Assembly (NCBI GenBank): GCA_036401335.1
Contig: DASWVC010000033.1
Location: forward strand, 291-64,290
Length of the DNA: 64,000 nt
Source: Chthoniobacterales bacterium
GTDB taxonomy: Bacteria > Verrucomicrobiota > Verrucomicrobiia > Chthoniobacterales > JAFAMB01
Direction of reading: 5' to 3'
In this document: in pieces, positions 1 through 8,610 of the stretch
Position numbering within the stretch: the first letter of the stretch is position 1
Layout of the letters: the number at the start of each line of letters is the position of its first letter
Made by a program: the position numbers and the translations under genes
Notes under the pieces: model-generated
What the model was told of the DNA's origin: nothing
Seen by the model: the letters and a program-made list of their open reading frames with translations, nothing else
The model's database searches: none

Positions 1-363
1 CCTTTTAACGTGAACGCCATCGCGCAGGCAGGTGCGCTGGCCGGGCTAAAGGACGTCGAACATCAGCAACACACGCGGCAAGTGACGGAGCAAGGCCGGA
101 TTTTCCTCCAACGGGAGTTTGCCAGGCGCGGTCTGGAGTTTGTGCCAAGTTCAGCAAATTTTGTGTTGCTTCGGGTGGGGGATGGCAAGGAGGTTTTTCA
201 ACGGCTCCTGCGGCGGGGCATGATTGTGCGCGCCATGAACGAGTACAAACTGCCGGACTGGCTTCGGGTCAGCGTGGGCACCTCCGAGCAGAACGAGCGA
301 TTTTTGGCAGACCTGGATGCGGTCCTGGCCGAGCGGGCCCCCTCCGGCGGTCGCGGCCAATGA
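1..363 (+). CDS. hisC: Histidinol-phosphate aminotransferase, 3' part (gene begins left of the window)
   Basis: The frame of ORF 10..363 stays open to base 1. The tail FVPSSANFVLLRVGDGKEVFQRLLRRGMIVRAM...WLRVSVGTSEQNERFL matches the conserved HisC C-terminus. Confidence 0.8.
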   Translation, partial: PFNVNAIAQAGALAGLKDVEHQQHTRQVTEQGRIFLQREFARRGLEFVPSSANFVLLRVGDGKEVFQRLLRRGMIVRAMNEYKLPDWLRVSVGTSEQNERFLADLDAVLAERAPSGGRGQ

Positions 364-366
364 GTA

Positions 367-1740
367 ATGAGTGCAGCGAGCATGCCAGGGGACGGCGCTG
401 CGGAGCTGGCCATTGACACCATTGCCGCCGTTGCAACGCCGCCGGGCGAAGGTGCGATCGCGATGGTGCGGGTGTCCGGACCGGAAGCCCGGCGCATTTT
501 GGGCGAGGTGTTTCAGCCTCGCCATGGCGCCGGGCCTGAGACGCCGCGCCGTACCTGCCTCGGTGCCGTGGCGGATGGTGCCGGTGTAATCGACCACGGG
601 ATGGCGGTCTGGTACCGCGGACCGGCGAGTTACACGGGTGAGGACGTCGTCGAACTGACTTGTCACGGGGGCATGCTGGTGGTTCAGCGGGTGTTGGAGG
701 CGTTGCTCCGGCACGGCGCCCGGCTGGCTGAGCCTGGGGAGTTTACGCAGCGCGCGTTCCTCAACGGCAAGATTGATCTGACCCAGGCGGAAGCGGTCAT
801 GGACCTTATTCGGGCTCAGACCGACCTGGCGCTTCGTGCGGCAAACCAACAACTGAGCGGCAACCTTGGTGCCGAACTCCTGGAATTGCAGGATGCACTC
901 CTGACCGTCTTGGCGCACATCGAGGCCTACATCGATTTTCCTGATGAAGCGATTGATCCAGATACCACGGCAGAATTGGCCAGCCAGTTGGAAGGCGTGA
1001 TCCAGCGGGTGAACCCGTTGTTGGCAAGTGCGGAGCAGGGTCGCGTGTTGCGCCACGGCCTGCGCACGGTCATTTATGGCCCGCCAAACGTTGGGAAATC
1101 GAGCCTTTTGAACCTTTTGCTTGGATTCGAGCGCGCGATCGTGAGCGCCGTACCCGGGACCACGCGGGACACCATTGAAGAAGTCATTAACGTAAGAGGG
1201 GTGCCCGTACGGTTGGTGGACACCGCGGGAGCCCGGCCCACCGGGGACGAGGTGGAGCAGGCCGGGATCGCACGCACCGCCCGGGAACTCATCAACTCCG
1301 ACCTGGTGCTGTGGGTCGTCGACGGCAGTCAGCCTAAGCCGGCCATGCCTCCGCCGGGGCAGCCTCACGTCCTCATCTTGAACAAATCCGACCTCGGGCT
1401 GCACCGGGATTGGGAAGCCGCCAGCGGCGCAATCCCTTTTTCCTGTTGGGATAAGACGGGCGTTGAGCCGCTGAAGCAATCGATCTTCGCACGTTTTCTG
1501 CAGGGTGGGGCCGGCACCGACACCTTTCGGATCGCGATCAGTGTGCGCCACGAAGGTTGCCTGACGCGAGCCAAGGGAGCATTGGACGAAGCCTTGGTAA
1601 GCTTGCGGGAAGAGCGCTCCCCGGAATTCACCGCGATCGAGATTCGCGAAGCTCTGGAGGCCATCGGTGAGGTGGTTGGAAAGACGGACACGGAAGATCT
1701 GCTCGGCCGGATTTTCAGTGAATTCTGCATTGGAAAGTAG
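367..1740 (+). CDS. mnmE: tRNA modification GTPase MnmE (TrmE)
   Basis: 457-aa ORF with G-domain motifs GPPNVGKSSLLN, DTAG and NKSD, and the invariant C-terminal CIGK. Confidence 0.95.
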   Translation: MSAASMPGDGAAELAIDTIAAVATPPGEGAIAMVRVSGPEARRILGEVFQPRHGAGPETPRRTCLGAVADGAGVIDHGMAVWYRGPASYTGEDVVELTCHGGMLVVQRVLEALLRHGARLAEPGEFTQRAFLNGKIDLTQAEAVMDLIRAQTDLALRAANQQLSGNLGAELLELQDALLTVLAHIEAYIDFPDEAIDPDTTAELASQLEGVIQRVNPLLASAEQGRVLRHGLRTVIYGPPNVGKSSLLNLLLGFERAIVSAVPGTTRDTIEEVINVRGVPVRLVDTAGARPTGDEVEQAGIARTARELINSDLVLWVVDGSQPKPAMPPPGQPHVLILNKSDLGLHRDWEAASGAIPFSCWDKTGVEPLKQSIFARFLQGGAGTDTFRIAISVRHEGCLTRAKGALDEALVSLREERSPEFTAIEIREALEAIGEVVGKTDTEDLLGRIFSEFCIGK

Positions 1741-1754
1741 GCGCGGGTAATTCT

Positions 1755-2804
1755 GTGGATTGGTACCGTCACGTCTTTCGGCCTTTGGCATTCCGGCTTG
1801 AGCCGGAGAGGGCTCACGACGTGACTTTACTGGGCCTCGCGCTGGCGTCGCGGTTTCCAGCGGTTCTCTCTCCTATTTCCGGCCCCACGATTGCCAAGCC
1901 GCGCACCGTGTTCGGCCTGCGCTTTCCGAATCCGGTGGGCTTGGCGGCCGGGATGGACAAAAACGCGGTAGCCGTCCCGGCCTGGGCGGCCATGGGTTTC
2001 GGTTTTGTGGAGGTCGGTACCGTCACGGCACAAGGGCAGAATGGAAACCCTAAACCGCGGCTTTTCCGTTACCCGGAGCAGGAAGCGTTGGTCAATCGCA
2101 TGGGCTTCAACAATCGAGGGGCCGAATCCGTAGCCCGCCACCTTCGCCAAGCCCGCGAGCAACCGTCCTGGCCCTCTGTCCCGCTTGGCATCAACCTTGG
2201 CAAGACGAAAGCGGTGGCACTCGCAGAGGCGACGGAAGACTACCTCGCGTCGTTCCGCGCGCTGCAAGGCGTCGGAGACTATTTCGTTCTAAACGTGAGC
2301 TCGCCAAACACGCCGGGGTTGCGAAGGCTGCAGGAGAGACCGGCCTTGGATGCGCTTTTCCAGGCGGTGCAGGCGGCCAATACAAGCCGGCGGCCGATGT
2401 TGGTAAAGGTCGCCCCGGACCTCACTTTTTCTCAGATTGATGACGTTCTCGCGCTGGTTGAACAGCACCGGCTGGCAGGGTTGGTCGCGACCAACACAAC
2501 GTTGGACCACGAAAGCTTACCTCCGGCAAAGCGCGAGGCCGGCGGTTTAAGCGGATGCCCGTTAGGAAAGCGGGCGCTCGAAGTGCTCCACCACCTTCGG
2601 AAGCAGACGACCTTGCCAATCATTGCAGTCGGCGGGATCATGGACGGCGAAGGTGGAAGGGCCCGCCTGGATGCCGGGGCCGACCTGATCCAGCTTTACA
2701 CCGGGTTTATTTACCGTGGACCAGCCCTGATCGCTGCCATTGTCAACGGTCTAACGGCATCACCGCCCAACCGCGGAACGGCGGTCCGGGAAGGCACGCC
2801 CTGA
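1755..2804 (+). CDS. pyrD: Dihydroorotate dehydrogenase (quinone), class 2
   Basis: 349-aa ORF with a GTG start. Motifs: GLAAGMDKN, GFVEVGTVT, NVSSPNTPGLR, IIAVGGI. Confidence 0.93.
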   Translation: MDWYRHVFRPLAFRLEPERAHDVTLLGLALASRFPAVLSPISGPTIAKPRTVFGLRFPNPVGLAAGMDKNAVAVPAWAAMGFGFVEVGTVTAQGQNGNPKPRLFRYPEQEALVNRMGFNNRGAESVARHLRQAREQPSWPSVPLGINLGKTKAVALAEATEDYLASFRALQGVGDYFVLNVSSPNTPGLRRLQERPALDALFQAVQAANTSRRPMLVKVAPDLTFSQIDDVLALVEQHRLAGLVATNTTLDHESLPPAKREAGGLSGCPLGKRALEVLHHLRKQTTLPIIAVGGIMDGEGGRARLDAGADLIQLYTGFIYRGPALIAAIVNGLTASPPNRGTAVREGTP

Positions 2805-2807
2805 GGC

Positions 2808-2838
2808 AAAAAGAAAAGGCGCGCTCGAGGCGCGCCTT
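2808..2838 (-). terminator. Intrinsic terminator for the RRM gene; the hairpin is shared with convergent pyrD
   Basis: 9-bp GC-rich stem AAGGCGCGC / GCGCGCCTT (2816-2824 / 2830-2838) with loop TCGAG. On the minus strand it is followed by TTTTCTTTTT. It sits between the two convergent stop codons. Confidence 0.6.
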
Positions 2839-2867
2839 AGGTTAAGGGTCGGTGTGGAAGGTGAAGG

Positions 2868-3209
2868 TTAGCGACGGCGAAAATCGCGGTCACGTCCCCG
2901 TCGCGTGTCTTTTGCTCCACCACGTCCGGCATCGGACGGGAAAAACCGGTCCTGGCGGGCTTCCGGCGGGCGTGCCTCATTGACGGTCAGCGGACGGTTG
3001 TCCAATGAAAAGCCGTTAAATTTGCTGATGGCCTCGTTCGCCTGTTCATCCGAACTCATGGTGACGAATCCAAACCCACGGGACTTACCGGTGAGCTTAT
3101 CCTGAATGATCTTTACATCAACGACCGTGCCGGACTGGGCAAACAGATCCTGCAGATCCAACTCGGTGGTCGCGAAAGAAAGATTTCCTACGTACAATTT
3201 AGCAGACAT
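2868..3209 (-). CDS. RRM-type RNA-binding protein with Arg/Gly-rich tail
   Basis: 113 aa with RNP2 LYVGNL and RNP1 KSRGFGFV. Confidence 0.9.
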   Translation of the reverse strand: MSAKLYVGNLSFATTELDLQDLFAQSGTVVDVKIIQDKLTGKSRGFGFVTMSSDEQANEAISKFNGFSLDNRPLTVNEARPPEARQDRFFPSDAGRGGAKDTRRGRDRDFRRR

Positions 3210-3460
3210 AATGACAGTTACCTTGGACGCCTCCTCGAGCCGGCCTTAGTCCTTGGTGGACTCAATCGCCAACGAGCCGAAACTCCTGACAATCACCCCG
3301 AACGAAAAGAAGCAATTACCGCGTACAGCGGGATGGAGACGGATTCAAGCTAATCTTTCCGGCACCGGCCGGGGTGCTGCCCCGGAGTCCGACATCGGGG
3401 AAACCAAGCGTGGTAAACGGTTGTGCAGCGCGTCCGTTCCGGCCGTTGCTTCGCAACGGT

Positions 3461-3898
3461 TCACCGTCTGGCCGGTTCGGCCAAGGCTGCCGTTTGGTAA
3501 TGAAATTCGACCGGCAATTTCACGTCCGGGTGCAAACTTTGGTGGACCGGGCAGGTGAGGGCGGCTTTTTCCAGACCCGAGCGAAGGGGGTGATCCTCTG
3601 CCAAGGGCAAATGGATGCTTACCTGCAACTTGCCGATGCGTCGCACCGGCTGTTGAACCATTTCCTTCAGCACCTCAACCCGGGTACCATTAAGGTCCAC
3701 CGCGTGGCGTTTTGCGAACAGGCCCATCACGGTCACCATGCAGCTTCCCAACGCCGCGCCCACCAGGTCGGTCGGGGAAAAAGCAGCGCCGTTTCCGCCG
3801 TTGTCGACCGGTGCGTCGGTCGTTAGTTCGTTACCCGAAGGGGCATGCCGGACCGTCGTGTGCAAGTCACCTTGGTAATGGATCTCGATTTTGACCAT
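3461..3898 (-). CDS. OsmC/Ohr family peroxiredoxin-like protein
   Basis: Conserved SPTDLVGAALGSCM and ALTCPVHQSL (the two family cysteines). The ATG at 3898 (MVKIEIHY) is preferred over the TTG at 3922, which lies inside the repeat arm. Confidence 0.85.
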   Translation of the reverse strand: MVKIEIHYQGDLHTTVRHAPSGNELTTDAPVDNGGNGAAFSPTDLVGAALGSCMVTVMGLFAKRHAVDLNGTRVEVLKEMVQQPVRRIGKLQVSIHLPLAEDHPLRSGLEKAALTCPVHQSLHPDVKLPVEFHYQTAALAEPARR

Positions 3899-4160
3899 GA
3901 AACAATGAACAGCAGTGAACAACGATGAACAACGATGAACAGCAATTCACAGGAATAACTTAAGCATGAAAGGTGGCTTGCCCGGAGCTGAAAAAATAAA
4001 CGGCACTCTCAAACACAGTCGCGCCGCACTTACCGCAAGCAATGCGTCGCGAGCGCGCTCCGAGGCCGAGGCTGTATGGCTTGAATGCGTCACAACCCTA
4101 GCGCTGTCCCATTGTCTCAGAGGTGACTCGGGAATTGCTGTTCATTGCTGTTCATTGCTT
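3899..4160 (-). repeat. Composite palindromic intergenic element, copy A (arms of 10-bp RRTGAACARC units)
   Basis: Left arm 3899-3953 has five 10-bp units. Right arm 4130-4160 is the reverse complement of three units. The core is 176 bp. A second copy with the same architecture lies at 7921-8100. Confidence 0.75.
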
Positions 4161-4997
4161 CAGCCCAAAGAAGGAGCGGGCCGTCTTTGTGGTCTGGGCA
4201 GCGAATTCGGCCAGAGTGATCCCGCGATCGCGCGCAATGGATTCAGCGGTTCGCCGGACGAAGGCGGGTTCGCAGCGTTGTCCTCGATGGGGTACCGGGG
4301 CAAGGTAGGGAGCATCCGTTTCCACCATGAACTGGTTCAATGGCAGCTGGGTCGAGACCGCCCGGGCTTCGGGGGCGTTCTTAAAGGTCACTAAACCGGT
4401 GAACGACACGAGGTGGCCGAGGGCCACCAATTCTTCGGCCTGCGCCAAGTTGCCGCTGAAACAATGGAACACGCCGCGCACCGGGTGCCGCCGAAGGGTG
4501 GCCAGCGTGTCCGCCCAAGCGTCGCGCTGGTGGATGATGACGTTCTTGCCGAATTCCGCCGCGAGTTCGAGTTGCTGTTCAAACACCCGTGCCTGGGCGG
4601 CCTTCACGGCTTCATCTTTGATTTCAAGTTCCAGGGTTGCAGCTGAGCCTGCTCCCAGGGCAGCTTGCACGACGTCCGCTCGTTGCTTGCGGCTCGGCAG
4701 GTAATGGTAATCGAAACCGGTTTCGCCGATGGCGACAACCTTTGGGTGTCGGGCCAGTTCAGCCAGTTCGTCCAGGGAGTCTGGACGGTTCGGTTCAACG
4801 TGATTCGGGTGGACCCCGACCGCCGCGAAAACGCCGGGGTGGCGTTCAGCAAGGGCAATCGCGCGACGACTGGAGTCCAGGTCGGTGCCGATCGTGATGA
4901 TGGTGTGAACCTCTGCCTCCGCAGCCCTGGCCAAAACGGCCGGCAGGTCGTCGGCAAACTCCGGAAAATCCAGGTGCGCGTGGGTATCGGCGAGCAT
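4152..4997 (-). CDS. tatD: TatD family metal-dependent hydrolase
   Basis: 281 aa, starting MLADTHAHLDF (HxH metal motif), with TatD-like TIM-barrel conservation throughout. Confidence 0.92.
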   Translation of the reverse strand: MLADTHAHLDFPEFADDLPAVLARAAEAEVHTIITIGTDLDSSRRAIALAERHPGVFAAVGVHPNHVEPNRPDSLDELAELARHPKVVAIGETGFDYHYLPSRKQRADVVQAALGAGSAATLELEIKDEAVKAAQARVFEQQLELAAEFGKNVIIHQRDAWADTLATLRRHPVRGVFHCFSGNLAQAEELVALGHLVSFTGLVTFKNAPEARAVSTQLPLNQFMVETDAPYLAPVPHRGQRCEPAFVRRTAESIARDRGITLAEFAAQTTKTARSFFGLKQ

Positions 4998-5060
4998 CGC
5001 CTACTGTTGGCCGGAAGTCAGGACGCGTCCAGCACGCCCTGCCCGATCGCAGTTGCCACC

Positions 5061-6083
5061 TCACCATTGGATGACTGAACTTGCCCAGGTAAGCCCACCC
5101 CCGAAGACGACCAGGAGAAGGTAATCCCCGATTTTGATGCGCTGAGTGCGATGGGCCTCGTCCAGGGCCATGGCAACTGCTGCGGCTGACGTGTTCCCGA
5201 ACCGGTCGAGGTTCACGTAAAACTTGTCCATCGGCAGCCGCATCCGAGCCGCGATGGCCTCGATGATTCGGATGTTGGCTTGGTGAGGAATAACGCAGGC
5301 AATGTCTTCGTACCGGAGGCCCGCATCCTCCAACGCACGATTGGCGGCCGTGAACATGGAGTTGACGGCTTGTTTGTAGACTTCCTTGCCGGTCATTTTG
5401 ATGGTGTTCAACCGGTCGTTCACGTTGTCGGCCGTAATCGGGCAGCGGCTTCCGCCGCCTGGCATGATGAGGATGTCAGCGAAAGTGCCGTCGCTGCCCA
5501 TGTACGTGGAAATCACGCCGTGGGAGTCGGGACGGTTGCGCAACACCGCCGCGCCGGCCCCATCACCGAACAGGACGCACGTGTTGCGGTCCGTCCAGTC
5601 CGTGATTGCGCTCAGTTTATCGGCGCCGATGATCAGCACGGTGTTGTACACGTGCGTGGAGATGAACTGTTGCGCAATTTCCAAGGCATACAGAAAGCCG
5701 GCACAAGCGGCGGACACGTCGAAACAAGCCGCATTTACCGCGCCCAATTTTTTCTGCACCCAGCAGGCGGTGGCCGGAAAAGCGGTATCCGGAGTCACCG
5801 TCGCAACAATCAAAAGGTCAATTTCACTGGCCGTCACTTGGGCTTGCTGCATCGCCGCCAAAGCTGCCTCGGCCGCCATGTCGCTCGTACTCTCGTGGAC
5901 ACCGGCGATGCGGCGCTCCCGGATGCCGGTGCGGGCACGAATCCATTCATCGGACGTGTCCACCAGCCGCTCAAGCTCCTGGTTGGTGAGCACCCGTTCG
6001 GGCGCATAGCTGCCGGTGCCAATGACTGAGACGGTGCGACGAGGCTTACTGGACCGGCGTGGTGGCCGTGTTGAACTTCTCAT
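5061..6083 (-). CDS. fabH: 3-oxoacyl-ACP synthase III
   Basis: Active-site Cys in SAACAGFLYAL, plus HQANIRI and GNTSAAA. Start chosen at the ATG at 6083 (MRSSTRPP...), which overlaps the plsX end; the longer ORF to 6188 is unlikely. Confidence 0.88.
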   Translation of the reverse strand: MRSSTRPPRRSSKPRRTVSVIGTGSYAPERVLTNQELERLVDTSDEWIRARTGIRERRIAGVHESTSDMAAEAALAAMQQAQVTASEIDLLIVATVTPDTAFPATACWVQKKLGAVNAACFDVSAACAGFLYALEIAQQFISTHVYNTVLIIGADKLSAITDWTDRNTCVLFGDGAGAAVLRNRPDSHGVISTYMGSDGTFADILIMPGGGSRCPITADNVNDRLNTIKMTGKEVYKQAVNSMFTAANRALEDAGLRYEDIACVIPHQANIRIIEAIAARMRLPMDKFYVNLDRFGNTSAAAVAMALDEAHRTQRIKIGDYLLLVVFGGGLTWASSVIQW

Positions 6084-7077
6084 TACAAAATTGCACCTTG
6101 CGGATAATATGAGGATTGATCTCGTGCTTGATTGATTCGCAAGCCGCGCGGATCGCATTCTTGATCGCGAGCGGAGAACTTGCGCCATGCGCGATGATGC
6201 AGATGCCGTTTACCCCCAGCAAAGGCATCCCTCCGTACTCTTCATAATTCGTTTTTTTGCGAATGGTACGGAACGCTCCTTCCGCAAGTTTGGCCCCGAG
6301 CATTCGAACCGGGGTTCGAACAAGTTCATGCTTTAACCAGGTGAAGATGGCATGGGCGATGGCTTCTGAGGTCTTCAGAACGACGTTGCCCGTGAACCCG
6401 TCGCACACGACCACTTCCGCCGGGTGTTCAAACAGGTCATGGCCTTCAATGTTGCCTCGGAAATTTAACCCGCTGCCCTTAAGCAATTTGAATGCTTCCT
6501 TGGTAACGTCATTTCCTTTCATGTCCTCTTCCCCGATCGACATCAACGCCACCGACGGGTTCTTGTAACCGAGCACGAATTCGGAGAAGACAGCGCCCAT
6601 GATGGCGAATTGCAAAAGGTTTTCTGCGGTAGAATCAGGATTCGCGCCCGCGTCGATCAGTACGAATACCTTGGTCTCCGTGGGCAACAAAACCGCGACG
6701 GCAGGCCGTTCGATGCCTTTCAGCGATCGCAGTTTTAAAACCGAAGCGGCCACAGCTGCGCCGGTGTGACCGGCCGACACCACGGCCTGCGCGGCGTTAT
6801 TCTTAACCAGGTCAACCGCGCGGGAGATGGACGCATCCCGCTTTTGCCGGATCGCTTTAGCCGCTGACTCCCGCATGTTGACCACCTCTGACGCGTGGAA
6901 AATTTCGAGCCGGCTGTCTTGAAACTGGAGGCGTTTCAATTCGGTCCCCACCGTGATCGCGTCGCCCACCAAAAACAATTTTTCCAGGTAGCTGTATTCT
7001 TTAAGAGCCAGTACCGCTCCCTCGACAGTGTTGCGGGGCGCGAAATCCCCGCCCATGGCGTCCAAAGCTATCCTCAT
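6046..7077 (-). CDS. plsX: Phosphate acyltransferase PlsX
   Basis: 343 aa, starting MRIALDAMGGDFAP, with SAGHTGA. Canonical position between rpmF and fabH. Confidence 0.95.
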   Translation of the reverse strand: MRIALDAMGGDFAPRNTVEGAVLALKEYSYLEKLFLVGDAITVGTELKRLQFQDSRLEIFHASEVVNMRESAAKAIRQKRDASISRAVDLVKNNAAQAVVSAGHTGAAVAASVLKLRSLKGIERPAVAVLLPTETKVFVLIDAGANPDSTAENLLQFAIMGAVFSEFVLGYKNPSVALMSIGEEDMKGNDVTKEAFKLLKGSGLNFRGNIEGHDLFEHPAEVVVCDGFTGNVVLKTSEAIAHAIFTWLKHELVRTPVRMLGAKLAEGAFRTIRKKTNYEEYGGMPLLGVNGICIIAHGASSPLAIKNAIRAACESIKHEINPHIIRKVQFCNEKFNTATTPVQ

Positions 7078-7274
7078 AATCCGTGACTCACCGCGGAAGA
7101 CCTGACGAGCCCGTAAGCCCGGTGATTAGCCCAGGAGCCTGGTCCAAGCAACAGGAAATATCCCGGGCTCCACAGGATGGGGGACCCGCTCACCACCCAC
7201 CGGTTTACGGCTGGACGGCACTCGCTTTGGATGAAATCGCCCGCGAAGGCGCGCAGTCCCCTCGGGTGATCAGG

Positions 7275-7457
7275 TCAGGCAACGTCGACCGTCAAAACCT
7301 GACGGCCGTGGTAATAACCACAGGAAGGACAGGCTGTGTGACCGCGCACCCGGCTGCCGCACTGGGCGCACTTGGTTAGTTGCGGCGCGTGCCAGCGATT
7401 TGCGGCTTTGCGTGTGCGCAGCCGCATCTTCGACGTCTTTCTCTTCGGAACACCCAT
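7275..7457 (-). CDS. rpmF: 50S ribosomal protein L32
   Basis: 60 aa, starting [12 protein letters not shown], with a zinc ribbon CAQCG...CPSCG. Confidence 0.95.
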   Translation of the reverse strand: MGVPKRKTSKMRLRTRKAANRWHAPQLTKCAQCGSRVRGHTACPSCGYYHGRQVLTVDVA

Positions 7458-7458
7458 C

Positions 7459-7920
7459 TCAGTTTTTCTTTCTTTTCAAGTCTAAATCGGCGAGAGCGTC
7501 CCAGGCGCTAGGCACCTGCGCGGGTTCCTCGGTCCTCAACCCGTCGGTCCGGGGACCTGGACAAATCGTTTTTCCATCCCAGTCACACCGGGGATGCGCT
7601 GGAAGAACGAGGAGGATATCCTCACGCACGTATGGCGTCAAGTCGACTACTTCGGGCCCCGTCACATCAATCTGGGCCGCGAAATCCGGCACCACCAAGT
7701 CGTGCCGAAACCGGCGAAGGCAACTGACGCACTCCATTTCAAGCGTCACCGACAGCCTGCCCGTGGCAAAGAGGGAGCTTCCCGATACGCCGACCTCAAC
7801 ATCGTAGGCAACGTTGTCCAGCGGACGAATGCTCGGGTCATCAAGGTCAAGCATGCCTGGTTCTTCGTACCCGACAAGGTGAAGGCCGGTCGGCGGAATC
7901 TGCAGTAAATGAACCTTCAT
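7459..7920 (-). CDS. yceD: DUF177 / YceD-family protein (large-subunit rRNA accumulation protein)
   Basis: 153 aa with a CxxC...C cluster. Conserved position immediately upstream of rpmF. Confidence 0.88.
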   Translation of the reverse strand: MKVHLLQIPPTGLHLVGYEEPGMLDLDDPSIRPLDNVAYDVEVGVSGSSLFATGRLSVTLEMECVSCLRRFRHDLVVPDFAAQIDVTGPEVVDLTPYVREDILLVLPAHPRCDWDGKTICPGPRTDGLRTEEPAQVPSAWDALADLDLKRKKN

Positions 7921-8100
7921 GAAACAATGAACAGCAATGAACTGCCGTGAACAACGATGAACATCAATTCACAGGGATGCCTTTGGGGGATAAGGCGGCG
8001 GATTCAATGATTTGAATGCGTCCTAATCTTGGTGGCATCCCATCGTCGTAGAGCTGACTCGGGGATTGACGTTCATTGCTGTTCATTGCTGTTCATCGTC
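7921..8100 (-). repeat. Composite palindromic intergenic element, copy B
   Basis: Left arm 7921-7975 has five 10-bp units. Right arm 8061-8100 has four units in reverse complement. The core is 85 bp. The 50-nt block 8012-8061 aligns with 4081-4130 of copy A (37/50 identical by hand). Confidence 0.75.
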
Positions 8101-8585
8101 TTGGCGTCGAACTTGCTTTTGAGTGCGGCCACCACCGAGGGCGGCACGAATGGATTCACGGCGCCCCCGAGCCGGGCGATCTCCTTTACGATGCGTGAGC
8201 TGAGGTAGGTGTAATCTTCCCGCGGCATGAGGAACACGGTCTCGATGCCGGGTTCCATCTTGCGGTTCATCAAGGCCATCTGGAATTCGAATTCGAAGTC
8301 GGACACGGCCCGCAAGCCCCGGACAATGGCCGTAGCGCCGCGCTTCCGCGCAAACCCGACCAGCAGTCCTTCCAGCAGCACGACCTCCACGTTCGGCAAA
8401 TTGCGGCAACCTTCTTCGATCAAGCCGATACGCTCTGAAAACGAAAAGAGGCCGGAGATTTGTTTTTGATCGTTTGCGGCAACCGCCACGATCAGGCTGT
8501 CAAACAACCTGCTGGCACGTTCGATGACGTCAAGATGACCGTTGGTGACCGGGTCAAAGCTTCCGGGGTAGATCGCTCGGCGCAT
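8073..8585 (-). CDS. coaD: Phosphopantetheine adenylyltransferase
   Basis: Begins MRRAIYPGSFDPVTNGHLDVIERA at the ATG at 8585; the longer ORF to 8798 is an unconserved extension. The last codons MNSNEQQ-stop are encoded by the repeat arm. Confidence 0.93.
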   Translation of the reverse strand: MRRAIYPGSFDPVTNGHLDVIERASRLFDSLIVAVAANDQKQISGLFSFSERIGLIEEGCRNLPNVEVVLLEGLLVGFARKRGATAIVRGLRAVSDFEFEFQMALMNRKMEPGIETVFLMPREDYTYLSSRIVKEIARLGGAVNPFVPPSVVAALKSKFDAKTMNSNEQQ

Positions 8586-8610
8586 GGGGTTACGGGGGAG
8601 ACTTGCGCTT

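Noticed and set aside
151-1791. 546-aa ORF antisense to mnmE
   Set aside because: It lies fully opposite a gene with unmistakable MnmE motifs. Its translation is Arg/Pro/Gly-rich with no family signature, which is the typical long antisense frame of high-GC DNA.
3371-3462. Short GC hairpins (CCGTTGC-TTC-GCAACGG at about 3446-3462; CCGGGG-TGCTG-CCCCGG at about 3371-3387) as OsmC terminators
   Set aside because: Neither is followed by a U-tract on the minus strand and the first overlaps the stop codon, so there is not enough evidence to call terminators.
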